64,000 nt of DNA from Octopus vulgaris (Eukaryota), in contig OX597817.1 in NCBI GenBank assembly GCA_951406725.2, positions 92,504,001-92,568,000 on the forward strand, in the 5' to 3' direction. Shown in pieces: positions 1 to 12,752 of this stretch (the stretch's first letter is position 1; each line of letters opens with the position of its first letter). Under the pieces are notes generated by a model. It searched no databases. It saw only the letters and a list, made by a program, of their open reading frames with translations, and was not told the origin of the DNA. A program made the position numbers and the translations under genes.

Positions 1-1522
1 ATGAGTCACCGATGATGTGATTTGTTGAGCTAATGTCTCCATTTCCTTTATTTATTTCTTCCTATTTTTGGCTTGGTTTTTATGGCTGGTTGTACTTCTT
101 ACTCCCAAATACTTTTCAGTGCGTGGGTGTGTGTTCATGTGTGCGTGCGTGTGTGTGAGTGTGTGTGTTTGTGTGTATGTGTGTGCGCATGTGTGTGGGA
201 TCACAGTTATTTGGAGAAAGAAGACAGGTGTTACTTCATAAAATGAAGTAACACCTGCCTTCTGTCTAATAAATTATATTGAGATAATTTGCAATGTAAG
301 ATAGAATAAACATACAATTTAACTTTACTGTGAAAATGTATAAACTATTAATTTCTTTGTGAACAGGGGATGTTTAATCAGTTTTAGGTGAATGTTTAAC
401 AAAACAAAATAATTTAAATAAATCAACCACTTTTTCTGCTCGTGGATAGACAAAACCTGTTGTGTGGTCACTTAATAGCATTCTACACCGAGAATAAATG
501 TAATGTTTATTAAACAAATATCCCATAAATTTAAAATTATATATTCATCATTGTCGTCGTCGTCGTCATTGTTATAACATCCATTTTTCCATGCTTGCAT
601 GGGTTGGGTGAAATTTGCTGAGGTAGGTTTCCTATGGCTGGATATGCTTCCAGTTACTACCCTCAACTGTTTCCAAGTAAGTTAATATTTTCCCATGACC
701 AGGCATGTTTTCATTGAATATTGAGAAATGAAGGACACCCTGTGCATGTCAGTGACACTTGTTTAGAACTATCATGTGATGTCAAGGCAAAGAAGGTGAC
801 AGTAACACATACATACATGCATGCACACATACCTACATTTAAACATGTATATACACATATGATGTGTTCCTTTCAGTTCCCATTTTCCAAATCACAAGGC
901 TTTGGTAAACCCAGGGCTACAGTAGAAGACACTTTCCCAAGGTGGAACTGAACCCAGAACCATATTGTTTGAAAGCAAACTTCTTACCACAAAACTACAC
1001 CTGCATATATAAAGTTTACAAAAAGTAATATAGCTATTTCCGAGAGTTTTTACTTCTCTAATATTTACTGTAGCTGTCACTGGTAAAGCACAACTGCATT
1101 ATTCTAATGCATTCCTATATTTAAAGTAAAACTTTATAGATTAGAATTAGTTTGCTCAGTTGTTGCTTCATTACAAGACACATTTTCTGTCATGTTCCTT
1201 ATAAATTACATCGCGATATTTGTTTTTAAAATTAGAGAGATTGTTTCAAGTCATTCCCTGTAAGTTTCATTTTCTTTATACTTATTATTTCTTCCCTGCT
1301 TTTCCATGAATCTTTCGTCAATAATATTCCTACTTCATTGATGATAGAAAACTAGAAAACCACAATATGTTTTGAGTTGGTCAACATCTTATCATTTAAT
1401 GCAGTAAAGATATATTTTACAACAGTGTTGCTGCACTCACAGCTACTCTTTTACTGGTGTCACTTTAAGGCCCTTTGATTCCAGGTTTTGTTTCCATACC
1501 TGGAACTATTTTTAATTCTGCT

Positions 1523-2600
1523 TCAGATTCTGCAATAAGAACAGATGAATAAGAGTGAACTAAGAACTGAGCCCTGGTGAACCCCTACTTGTATATTACA
1601 TTCATCACTGTATTCATGGCCGGCTCTCACCTTAATGACAGTACCATTGTACATGGCTTGTACGGTTTCAACAAGCCTCTCCTCTACTTCTAGCTTCCTT
1701 AGAGACCACCAGATAACAGAGCAGGGAACTCTGTCAAAGGCTTTCTCCAGATTGACAAAAGCTAAGTACAATGGTTTACTTTTGGCCATATACTTATATA
1801 CTTTTCTTGCAACTGACTCACCAGGAAGATGGCATCTATGATACTCCTCCCAGGAACAAAACCTAACTGCTTCTCATCTAGTTTAATTCTATTCCTAATC
1901 AATTGAGCTGTAACTCTCTCCATAACTTTCATGACCTGGTCCAGCAGTTTGATACCTCTGTTGTTGTTTCTATCTAAAGTATCACCTTTACCCTTGTAGC
2001 AGCCTACTATAATACTTCTACACTAGTCATTGGGGATGACATCTTTCTGATTAGCCTTATTAACTATGCAAGTGACTAAGCTGTATATCACACTCTCAGA
2101 TATTCTAACCATCTTGGCAGTGATAATCAATGGTTCAGGAGCTTTCTTGTCTTCATACCCCTAACTATTATACTACTATGAACGCCGATGGTTGGTACCT
2201 CAATTGGTTTGATATTAAAAAGACTCTCCTTCTCCCATTAATTTTCCACACTCAACAACCTCTCATAGTGGCACCTTCATGCAGTTTTCTTCTCTGAGTC
2301 AGTAAGTGCAAGCATGCCATTATTCATTTGCACACATTTCTCCCCCACCACATCTCTATTCTCTCTGATACACTACTTCGCAATCCTGAACACCTCCCAC
2401 CTCCGATCCTCATACTGTAAAACATTGACAAACCTCTCATCTTCTACTGCTCCTTTTGCTATATAAATCTGTTGCCTAGCCACCCTCTTGGCTACCTGAT
2501 ATAATTCCCTGCTTCTACCATTTTTCCTGTCTTTCTAGGCCCATCTTTTTTGCCTTTATAGTGCTATCCACCTCTTTGTGTCACCACAACATCATCCTCG
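1523..2600 (-). mobile_element. Decayed RTE-clade LINE reverse-transcriptase fragment
   Basis: ORF 1523-1789 has LAFVNLEKAFDRVP and VGVHQGSVLS (RT motifs). Upstream sequence with frameshifts encodes YKGKGD...RGIKLLDQ. Confidence 0.85.
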
Positions 2601-2635
2601 GTATGTATGTATGTGTATATACATATATATATATA

Positions 2636-3092
2636 TTTGTTGTTCATGATTTTTTATGTGAAATTGTGTGTTGAAACAGATATTGATGTATTTCTGAATG
2701 GTCATTTTGCCAGTTTAGCCAATAAAAACACACGCACTATATATTTGGTGTTACTTTGCTTCAGCATTATTTATTTTTTACATTAATCTTAATCTTATTT
2801 CGGCCAGAGTTCTTTCGTCACACTCCTGTGACCGCATCAGTGGTCCTTTGCTTTCTTCTTTCTTATTTGTGTCTCTCCTTACTAACCATCAGCCATTTTG
2901 TATTTCTATTGTATGTGTTTCCATTTGCGCATGCGTATATCTCTATGTGCATCTATGTTTAGTTAGTGTGTGTGGAGGGGATGCCTGTAATATTTGTATC
3001 TTTTGTTTATATACGTTCGTGTAATTTGTTTTTGTTTTTATTTATTCTTATTTTGTTCATGTGTTTACATCCACTTATTATTATTATTATTA

Positions 3093-3126
<34 letters not shown>

Positions 3127-4155
3127 TTTTTTTTTCTTCTTTCAAATTTGCTTTCATTTCTTGCCGAGTGTCTTCCCGACTCCTAGGGCAAAGAAACTCA
3201 TAGTATACATTGGTAGGCCATTAAACCAAACTCAATAGTTCGTTCATTTTTTTTTTTTTTTTTTTTTTTTTCTAAGTTAAATTAAAATACATGAGCAGCA
3301 ACAGTTCTCACATCGACAATGCTCTTCTCAATGCGTGTGATGTACCAGTTAAGACAATCTTTTGCACTTCTTGCAGAGATGGTAAGCCAGGGATCATTCT
3401 CATATAATTTTCGGTTCCCTTCTTGATCATTCCTAGTGCTCCTACGATCACTGGTATTGTAACCGCCTTGAGATGCCACATTTTCTCAATTTCAATGAGT
3501 AGGTCTTTATATTTTCTGAGCTTGTCAAACTCTTTCGCTGAGATATTATGATCACAGGGGATGCTCATGTCGATCAATAAGCAAACTTTATTGTTTTGGT
3601 CTTTCACAACAATATCTGGTTTATTGGCCTTGATGGTTCGGTCTGTATGTACTGGAAAGTCCCACAGAATGGTTACATTTTCTCCTTCAGTTACAGCCTC
3701 AGGGTGGTGATTATACCACTTGTCGGCAGTTTTGATATTGTAATGCCAACTTATTAGCCAGTGTAGATATTGGCCAACTCTGTCATGTCTTAATTTATAC
3801 TCCACTGGAGCTAAGACTTTACATCCAGAGATTAGGTGGTCCACTGTTTCAATCATGTCGTTGCAGAATCGGCATTTTGGGTCTGCTCCATTTTTCATCA
3901 CATTGGCCTGGTAGTTCCGGGTTAATAGGCTTTGATCTTGAGCAGCCAGGATGAAACCTTCGCTCTCTGCTTTTAGCCCTGAGCTCCGTAGCCTCTGATG
4001 GGTTTGCTTCTGGTCAACATCAGCTTGTTTGCTGCGGGTCACATATTTGCCGTGCAGAGGTTTCTCCTCCCACCTATCAGCCAATTGCTCGTGCGCTTTT
4101 TTCGTTGCCATTATTTTCACCTTCTTTGCAACAATAATTGCTGTACTTCCCTCGG

Positions 4156-4214
<59 letters not shown>

Positions 4215-5190
4215 CATCATTATTATTATTATCATTATTATTATTATTACATATGCTTGTATGTATGTATGTATAACAACAATACTAGTAGTAATAATAA
4301 TAATGAAAAAAAATTTTTTAATTAAAAAAATTAAAAATTTAAAAAAAAATGTATATAGTTATTTATTCCCATTTATTTATTTCTCTGTGTATTTTATTTT
4401 ATTATGTTTTCAGTTTTGTTTATACTGTAACCAGTTTATAGGGATCCTCTTCTGTCATATGTTGTGGTGTGTGCTAGTGTTCCATTCCAGTTTCCTATTC
4501 AGGCTAGGTTTATCTTCTATTATGTGTGTAGCTTCCGTAATTTGTCTAATTGTTGCGTCTGTTCTATGTGTGGACAAGATTTTAACTTCTATGTTGTTGA
4601 TTGATCCCCCGTGTTCCTGTTCGGCGTGTTGGTATAGAATCGATGAGCTCTTTCCTTCCTTAAGTTCTCTCCAATCTTCATTTACCTGCTCTCCTATGCT
4701 TTGTGCCGTTTCCTCTATGTATGTTGTTGTCTTGTTACTGCATTGTCCCTCTATACATCTTATACTATAGACTACATTTCTGGCTTTACAGTTTGTTTGT
4801 GGGCTAAATCTACACACAGTACAGTACCTATCCGTACAGGGGGTTCTACTAAAAGGGTAAGTTCTACCGATTATGGATTTAATAGGGTTGCTTGGCTTTT
4901 CAACAACCTTAATCCTTAGCTTAAGTTTGTCTAGGGCCCTTCTAAAGCGGTATGCCAGTTCACCTCTAGGGGTGGTGCCAACGAACATGACACTCTGGTA
5001 TTTGTGGCTATCATACCAAGAGTTGGCCTTCCCTATTTTCTTCGTTGTCCTTTCCATAGTGTTCCACAACATATGACAGAAGAGGATCCCCATAAATTGG
5101 TTACAATATAAACAAAACTGAAAACATAATAAAATAAAATACACGGATAAATAAACAAATGGAAGTAAATAACTATATACATTTTAAAAA
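2636..5190 (-). mobile_element. 5'-truncated Penelope-like element (GIY-YIG end, long 3' repeat, inverted 5' copy), interrupted by a LINE
   Basis: ORF 4455-5144 has CxxxxCxxC, NVVYSIRC...TYIEET and E...I......LN (GIY-YIG). 5064-5186 is an inverted copy of 4346-4468. HHR-like motif at 2801-2846. Confidence 0.82.
3126..4158 (-). mobile_element. Dong/R4-like RLE non-LTR retrotransposon, 3' fragment, in (TAA)n
   Basis: ORF 3308-4120 has a CCHC knuckle (CRFC...HLISGC), RHD, PDIVV.D and KYKDL restriction-like endonuclease motifs. (TTA)n on both sides. Confidence 0.9.
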
Positions 5191-6363
5191 AATCTTTTAA
5201 ATTAATAGTAATATAGTAGTTAAAATCTAAAATTTACGCTATCAATAAATATATAGACTTATAATGAAAATTAAATAAATTAATTAATCCAATATTACTT
5301 ACATAAATATTAAATATTAATATAATATATGTATGAAATACATTAAAAAATTAAAGATTAAAATCAAATTATAAACTATTAACCTATCGTAAAAGAACCG
5401 TATAACTATTTTACGATCTATATATCTCTTTGGCTAAGTAATATCTTACAAATAACGTACAGTTATAATCTAATAATTAAATACATATCTTCAACAACTA
5501 AATAATTATAGAATCAAATTAACAATCAGTAGTTATATAGTATACAATATAATACAATATAACTTACTAAAATACTTAAAAATCTAAAATAGAAAAGGTT
5601 TACTTAGCTTTCAAAAATCGTGTCATTAACTAAAATTTTAAAACGGAAAACGTTTTTTAAGCGTTAATAAGAAAACTCGTGGAATTACGTTATTAATAGA
5701 AATAGAATAAACAGATGAAAAATTCTTTTAACAATGAAAACTACGAATATACTTTATCACTGAAAATTATGAATAAATATTATCAGTGGAAGATACAACT
5801 ATAGTTTAACTATAATAGGTAAAGAGAACAAAGTCACTATTAGAGAATAAAACCCCTATATACTATAAAATTTATCATCAAAAATAACTACAATAAATTA
5901 TACTCAATACTCTATAAATTAAATAATTTATATAACTACCAATTACTCTATATACTGTAAAAATCTTATAAAAATTAATTTTAAATAAAAGGTTACGTTA
6001 TAGTCAAATCTTAATTTAAATGAAATAAAAAATAACTATTATACACATTCAAAAGTAATTCAGTAGTAATTCAAACATTATCTATATTATGACCACTAAT
6101 TAATATAAAAACTATATTCTAATAAAATTCATCATATAATATTAATTAAATAAACATCTAAATAAATCTACTTCGAAATATATAAAAAATACATACATAA
6201 TGATTAATTTAACGAATTTATTACAAACTATATACTTAACTGTAGTATAAAATAAATATATATTATATATCATATTAATACTCAAAATAAATGCTAAACA
6301 ATAATAAATTAAACTTAGTATATAGGTAAACTAATTTGTATTTATACTCTTTTATTCTTTTAC

Positions 6364-6750
6364 TCTTTTACTTGTTTCAGTCATTTGACTGCGGCCATGT
6401 TGGCGCACCACCTTTAGTCGAGCAACTCGACCCCGGGACTTATACTTTGTAAGCCCAGTACTTATTCTATCGGTCTCTTTTGCTGAACCGCTAAGTGACA
6501 GAGACGTAAACACACCAGCATCGGTTGTCAAGCAATGCTAGGGGACAAACACAAACACACAAACACACACATATATATACATATATACGACAGGCTTCTT
6601 TCAGTTTCCGTCAACCAAATCCACTCACAAGGCATTGGTCGGCCCGGGTATATAGCAGAAGACACTTGCCCAAGATGCCACGCAGTGGGACTGAACCCAG
6701 AACCATGTGGCTGGTAAGCAAGCTACTTACCACACAGCCACTCTTGCGCT
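6364..6750 (-). mobile_element. tRNA-derived SINE family 1 (multi-copy)
   Basis: Minus-strand head has box A TGGCTGTGTGG and box B GGTTCAGTCCC. Related copies at about 860-1000, 14703-15136, 15162-15556, 22268-22430, 28030-28215, 29100-29410, 45100-45440, 52640-52980, 58158-58640, 61045-61410 and 61650-61780. Confidence 0.85.
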
Positions 6751-6871
6751 TATATTTAGATGTTTTAAGTTTCTAATTTAGATAATACAGTTTTTTATAA
6801 GAAAAATTATTATTTCATTTATTTCTTAAAAAATATTGTTTAACTCTATTTGCTTATTTATTTAACTATTA

Positions 6872-6970
6872 TCATTAACCTGAAGATTGACAATAATTTT
6901 AATTCGAATTTTCTATTGAATTTAATTGTAATTCGAATTTAATTATAGCCATGAAACGTACGTAGTGTTT
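6872..6970 (+). ncRNA. Type I hammerhead ribozyme-like motif (partly decayed)
   Basis: CTGAAGA (6880), long AT-rich stem II, GAAAC-GTAC-GTA with palindromic stem III. Stem I is weak. Confidence 0.55.
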
Positions 6971-7254
6971 TAACTTATTATATTATATTTATCTTTTTTG
7001 GGTTAATAAAAAAAAAATTTTTAATTAAAAAATATAAAAATTAAAAAATTTAAATTTTAAATTTAATATTTTATATATATATTATATATTATATTAATTA
7101 TATTTATATTTTTTGTTATTTATGTATTGGTTTATGTCTATCACTGCTTGAGTTGCCTAATAGTGGTTTTATCTTTAATTTAATTTATATTTATACTGTG
7201 AAATTTGATTTAATCCTAAATCTAATTTTTCCCTGTAAGTTTGGATATAATCCC

Positions 7255-7309
<55 letters not shown>

Positions 7310-7316
7310 TTTTTAA

Positions 7317-7351
<35 letters not shown>

Positions 7352-7882
7352 ATATATATGTATGTATGTCTATTTACGTATGTATATATGCATATATACA
7401 AGTATGTATGCACACACAACATACATATATATACATACAAACATATACGTGTACTTACATACATACACACATCATCACATGCTAAATTTGAAAGATAGTT
7501 ACAAATAGTTATGAATAACTATTTTAACAAAGCAAAAAGAAAAACAAATGTATGCATAAAAAATATATAAATAAATGAAACAGACACAATGTAATTGTGG
7601 GGCGAAGGAGGAAACATAGATATAAGTGTGTATACTATTTTAACAAAAACAAAGGACATATATAATAAAACCATAATATTTATATGTCTATATGAGTAGA
7701 CACTCATCCAAACAAATACACATATATACATATATACATACATTTTATTGTACATAACTGCAACATTTAAAGAAGCATATGTATGTGTATGTATATATAT
7801 ATATATGTATGTATATATATATATGTATGCATATATATATGTATGTATATATATATATGTATGTATGTTTATATATATATGT

Positions 7883-8155
7883 GAAGGCGCATGGCTCAGT
7901 GGTTAGAGCGTCGAGCTTACGATCGTGAGGTTGTGAGCTCGAATCCCGGACCGGGCTGCGTGTTGTGTTCTCGAGCAAGGCACTTTATTTCACGTTGCTC
8001 CAGTTCACTCAGCTGTAGAAATGAGTTGCGACGTCACTGGTGCCAAGCTGTATCGACCTTTGTCTTTCCCTTGGATAACACTGGTGGCGTGGAGAGGGGA
8101 GGCTGGTATGCATGGGCGACTGCTGGCCTTCCATAAACAACCTTGCCCGGACTTT
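7883..8155 (+). mobile_element. tRNA-derived SINE family 2
   Basis: Box A TGGCTCAGTGG, box B GCTCGAATCCC, inserted after (TA)n. A second copy lies at 20581-20915. Confidence 0.85.
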
Positions 8156-8159
8156 ATGA

Positions 8160-8810
8160 CCAAAAGCCTTACCATACATCTCCACACACAACCCTCTCAA
8201 CAATGAAGCCTTCGACACCATCTTCCAAAACATACCCCTGCTAAAAAAGGACCACAGAATGAACTTAATCCTCCAAACACACACGATCATAAAAGCAAGA
8301 GACAGCCCAAATCTATGAAAAGTCTCCTAACACAAGTCGAATACGCTCACCAACACAGCCGACAGTAAAAAAATGTAGAAGACCCAATTGTGGGATATGC
8401 GATTATCTAATTGAGGGATCATAGTTCTCCTTCAAACAGGGACAACGTTTCACAGTGAAAAGCAACTTCACATGTGCTTCGGAGAACCTGATATACACAC
8501 TAACTTGCTCTGGGTGTCAAGAGCAATACATAGGCCAAACAAAAAATAGTTTACGTAAATAGTTTACGAATGGCCCTGCACACATCCCAGATAAAAATTC
8601 CCCAAAACAGAAAAATAGCATTTAGCCAACACATAGATATTTGCGCCAACAACAAAACTCCAAGCTTCAGGATTTCCCCCCTCTACCAATTCAGGGACGA
8701 TACAACCTGGAGCCAACGAATTAGTAAAGAAACTCTCTTTATTACAAAATACAGGCCCCTTCTGAATGCGTCTACAACAAACGATATATCCACCTCGGCC
8801 TTAGAATAAC
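8160..8810 (+). mobile_element. Decayed Penelope-like GIY-YIG fragment
   Basis: Reads FTCASENLIYTLTCSGCQEQYIGQT at about 8467-8540, then RISKETLFITKYRPLLN. Confidence 0.8.
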
Positions 8811-8939
8811 ACAAATACACACGCAAATATTACATTCCTAAGAACCCATTAAAAATCATCCCCAATCACTGCTATAATCCATAACATGCCAACTTTAAGT
8901 CATCCAACACCTCACTACTTTCACTCATTCATATTTTCC

Positions 8940-9045
8940 CTTCTTCTTCTTCTTCTTCTTCTTCTTCTTCTTCTTCTTCTTCTTCTTCTTCTTCTTCTTC
9001 TTCTTCTTCTTCTTCTTCTTCTTCTTCTTCTTCTTCTTCTTCTTC
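8940..9045. repeat. (TTC)n microsatellite
   Basis: Pure trinucleotide run seen directly. Confidence 0.95.
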
Positions 9046-9522
9046 TCCCCCTTCTCCTTCCTTCTCCTTCCTGACTTTATCACTAATGCTTTTTAGTATA
9101 ACACCTATGCAAATTCTATAAACAACACTTTCAATAGAAATATTTTCATGAATTGAACAGCAACTGCTAGCCTCCACTGACCATTCAAAATACTACAATC
9201 AAGGCACTCCCAAATTCTTCGTCTTCTTCCTACTCCTCCTCCTCCTCCTCCTCCTCCTCCTCCTCCTCCTTTTTCCCTACCAAGAATTCACAACAACCTC
9301 CAACCCACAAGAGTAAACAAGAGAGACAGAGAAAGGCAGAAACAAGGAAAATGCCACTTATATTTGAACACTATACAAATATTCTTTTAAAAATACTTTT
9401 CTTTTAATTTTTCTAAATTTAATTATCTAATTGTTACAGTTGAAAAGGTCTCAATGACTGATACTGATACTGAAATGTTCTTTATAAAATTATTTTAGCA
9501 TTTCTATCCTGACTTGTTTTTT

Positions 9523-9597
<75 letters not shown>

Positions 9598-9920
9598 TAC
9601 ACACAAGCCAAAAAGAATAAAGAAACTCAAAGTTAATACTTGTTTTCATAAGCAAAAATATCGTTAAAAATATGATGATGTAAATTGTCTTCACCAACAG
9701 TAATTGAAAATGTAACTTACCATGATGTGTGTTTTCTTGAAAACAATTACAGATAAAAACATGATAGATATATAGATATATCTTATATATTATATACATA
9801 TTTTTATACGCAAAAATATATACACACATATGCTTTCATTTTTTAGTATTATGCATATGCAATTACAAAGGTAGACAAAAGAATATATAATTATATATAC
9901 GATTATTTTATCTTTTTCAG

Positions 9921-10170
9921 TTTCCATGCAAATATTCTAAAAAAATTTACCAAAAGGGAACTAAAGCTTCACCTCTCTATCGATGAAGAATCTTTAGTCA
10001 TAAAATTGACACCAAATGTTTCAGTACTCCATCCTAACTCTGTGGTTAGCTTTGCAGATGGTTCTAAAGAAGAACTAGTGGATATTAAACACCTGAAATC
10101 TTGTTATCTCATTGGGAATATCATCTCACATGGAGGCTTGGCTTCTTTCTCACATTGTGGAGAAATATTA
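9921..10170 (+). CDS. ADAMTS-like metalloprotease, internal exon A (prodomain)
   Basis: tttttcag acceptor, gtaagt donor. Encodes FHANILKKFTKRELKLHLSIDEESLVIKLTPNVSVLHPNSVVSFADGSKEELVDIKHLKSCYLIGNIISHGGLASFSHCGEIL, which has the M12B propeptide pattern (L.L.PN...CY..G.....AS.S.C). Ends in phase 0. The upstream signal-peptide exon(s) were not found. Confidence 0.88.
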
Positions 10171-10424
10171 GTAAGTGTGATAGTTAATGTTGTGTATCTG
10201 GTTTTAATACTACTCCTTGTTATGATATTACGATATTTTTATATGATACTACTTCTGGTAAATGCTTGGATTTGAATGGCTTACCTCACAAGCTTTACAT
10301 TTATGTGCCAGACTTGCTGGCTATGGTCTTCACCAACATCTAGTGCAACTGGCAGCAAACCAAGAGCATTCCTGATTGTGAGCTTGAAACTGATGGAGCT
10401 GCTGTTGAAAGATGCAAACTTGAG

Positions 10425-10580
10425 AAGCATAACTGGTGACTTCAGACCCATAACTTTGCTGAATGCAAAGTTAAACAGCCAATGTCCTCACAGAGATTGT
10501 CATTTGTCATTAGTACTGTCAAATATACTGCACAAACTTAATAGATCAATCCATGACAACCTCTGTCTCTTAAAATATAG
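10425..10580 (+). mobile_element. Short L1/Tx1-like RT relic
   Basis: DFRPITLLN and RSIHDNL motifs in ORF 10276-10626. Confidence 0.5.
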
Positions 10581-11183
10581 GATAATTTCTTTGTACAACA
10601 ATAACTGTTCAGTAGTCACACTTTAAGGCTGCCTATAAAAATGCAGGTTGGGGAGGCACAGAGTGTTATGGTTTAAAGAAGCAAAATCTATGTAGTAGTC
10701 ATGGTTGAATAGCAAGATGGAGAACATTGATGGCCAAGTGGTCATAGCTGGGTCATGTGGTTGTATTGTGTTGGTGAGTCTTTTCTGAATAGTGGGCTGC
10801 CATTTTTTAGCTGCAGTCTAAGATGATGAGATTTTTAGAAGCAACACAATTTTCTTCACATAGAAGAGCGGACCAAAAATGATACCACTTAACTTACTAG
10901 AAAAAGTAGCCAAATTTCTCTTGAATCATATCCTACCATTATAAAACAAGGGCACATTGGATAATAAAGTCCAAGATATACTAGTCCAAAAAAAAGACGA
11001 GATATTCATAGCTGGAAGACCTTTGATAATAGGTTTTCTGTATTAGGGCCGTTTGAGACTAAACAACCGCAACAATAACCACAACAGTAATACACTGAAA
11101 AACACAAACAAAAGTTCTTAATTTGTTACTAACATCAATGTCTAAAGATAACATTGTCAATATAGCATATTTTTATCTATTAG

Positions 11184-11331
11184 GAAGGAGCTATGATGAT
11201 AAATGGAACTGAAATGTTGGTGAAAAGTTTGCCCCAACATCTTATTCATCGCCATCGAAGATCAGCTTTTGACCAACCAATTCTAATTGCAAAGAGACAA
11301 ATGAATTACTCAACTGGTTATATTAAAACAG
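11184..11331 (+). CDS. ADAMTS-like exon B (prodomain)
   Basis: tattag acceptor, g|gtaaat donor. EGAMMINGTEMLVKSLPQHLIHRHRRSAFDQPILIAKRQMNYSTGYIKT. Phase 0 to 1, compatible with both neighbours. Contains RHRR. Confidence 0.85.
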
Positions 11332-12248
11332 GTAAATATTTGCTGGCCTTTTGTTCACAATCACCTAAAATAGTCTAGTATCTTATGGTGATGTCTGTAT
11401 GTGTGCATGGGAGTGTGTGTGTGTAGGGGGCGTGAATGCGTGTGGGGTGAATGTGTGTGGAGGTGAATAGGTGTGTGTGTGGTGGAGGTGAGAGTGTGGG
11501 AGTGAATGTGTGTGGGGATGTGGGGGTGAAAGCGTGTGTGTGTAATGCAGTGAATTGTTTGAATCATTAGAGTACTGAATTTGACAAAGAAGGTAGCTCC
11601 GTTATGGCTTGACAATTCAATACAAGTTTCCATCCCATTGTATCACCTATAAATAAAGTGGCTAGACAGCTCGCTTTGATAATCAAGTATTCGAAGGCCA
11701 TCACAGATATAACTTGTCACTCAACCAGTTGACTTATTGTCTGAACATCAAAGGGGAATTTTTTATTGAATCTGAAAACCTTAATAAATTCGTCTAATAA
11801 AACAATTAATTACATCCATTTTCACATTTGCACACATGTATTGAAATAATTATTTTTGATAAACATAAATCCAACTGCTAGTTTGCTTACACTCTATATA
11901 TAATTATATATAACTGTGCATTATTTTTGGATGCATTAGATCAACACATATGGAATATCTAGTACAATACGAACACTAATGTTTCTATTGTAAATATATA
12001 TATACACACACACACACACACATACACACATATGTCTATGTCAATCATCATTATCATCATCATCATTTAATGTCCTTTGTCCATGCTGGCATGAGTTGGA
12101 TGGTGTGACCAGGACTGGTAAGCTGGAAGGCTGCATCAGACTCCAGTCTGATTTGGCATGGTTTTATACAGCTGGATACCCTTCCTAACACCAACCACTC
12201 TGAGAGTGCAATGGGTGCTTTTACGTGCTACTGGTATGAATGCCATGT

Positions 12249-12289
<41 letters not shown>

Positions 12290-12292
<3 letters not shown>

Positions 12293-12717
12293 TAAATGAA
12301 AGAATGGAGTCGAACGAAGATGTTAACAAAATTCCTTTACTCTCGACACATGTTTCGAAGTCAGCATGTTCTCATTCCAAAGGAATAAAGGGTGCATTAT
12401 GCAATCTTCTCATCAGGAAAGCAAGGGAGCCTCTCTCGACAACAAGACAAACAAAAATTTCGATGATTGCCTACATGGTAAACAAAGCGATAATGAGTGT
12501 GTTTCTTTAAAAAAACCGTTAGAAGAATTGATGCTAAAAATAGATAGTAGGAAGAGAAGGGAACAGTATGTTTGCTGTATGTATGAAAATGTGTGGGTGT
12601 GTGCTTGTGTTGATGAGTGCGTGCGTTTGTGTGTGTGTATAACTGCATTTGTGTGTGTGTGTGGGTGTGTGCTTGTGTTGATGAGTGCTTGCGTTTGTGT
12701 GTGTGTATAACTGCATT

Positions 12718-12752
<35 letters not shown>

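Noticed and set aside
7883-7960. tRNA gene
   Set aside because: A and B boxes are present, but the sequence runs into a multi-copy SINE body and has no proper acceptor stem. The same applies to the other SINE heads.
8886-9177. Poly-Leu/poly-Glu ORFs, and the many YI/CV/HT-repeat ORFs across the window
   Set aside because: These are microsatellite translations of (TTC)n, (TA)n, (CA)n, (TTA)n, (CTA)n and (GA)n.
9436-9478. HHR downstream of the 8160-8810 PLE relic
   Set aside because: The topology is suggestive (CAG-TTGAAAA-GGTC..GACT-GATAC-TGATA-CTG), but there are too many core mismatches to call it.
1-9920. First (signal-peptide) exon or promoter of the ADAMTS-like gene
   Set aside because: No convincing ATG plus hydrophobic leader with a phase-2 donor was found. 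It is probably upstream of the window, or I missed it.
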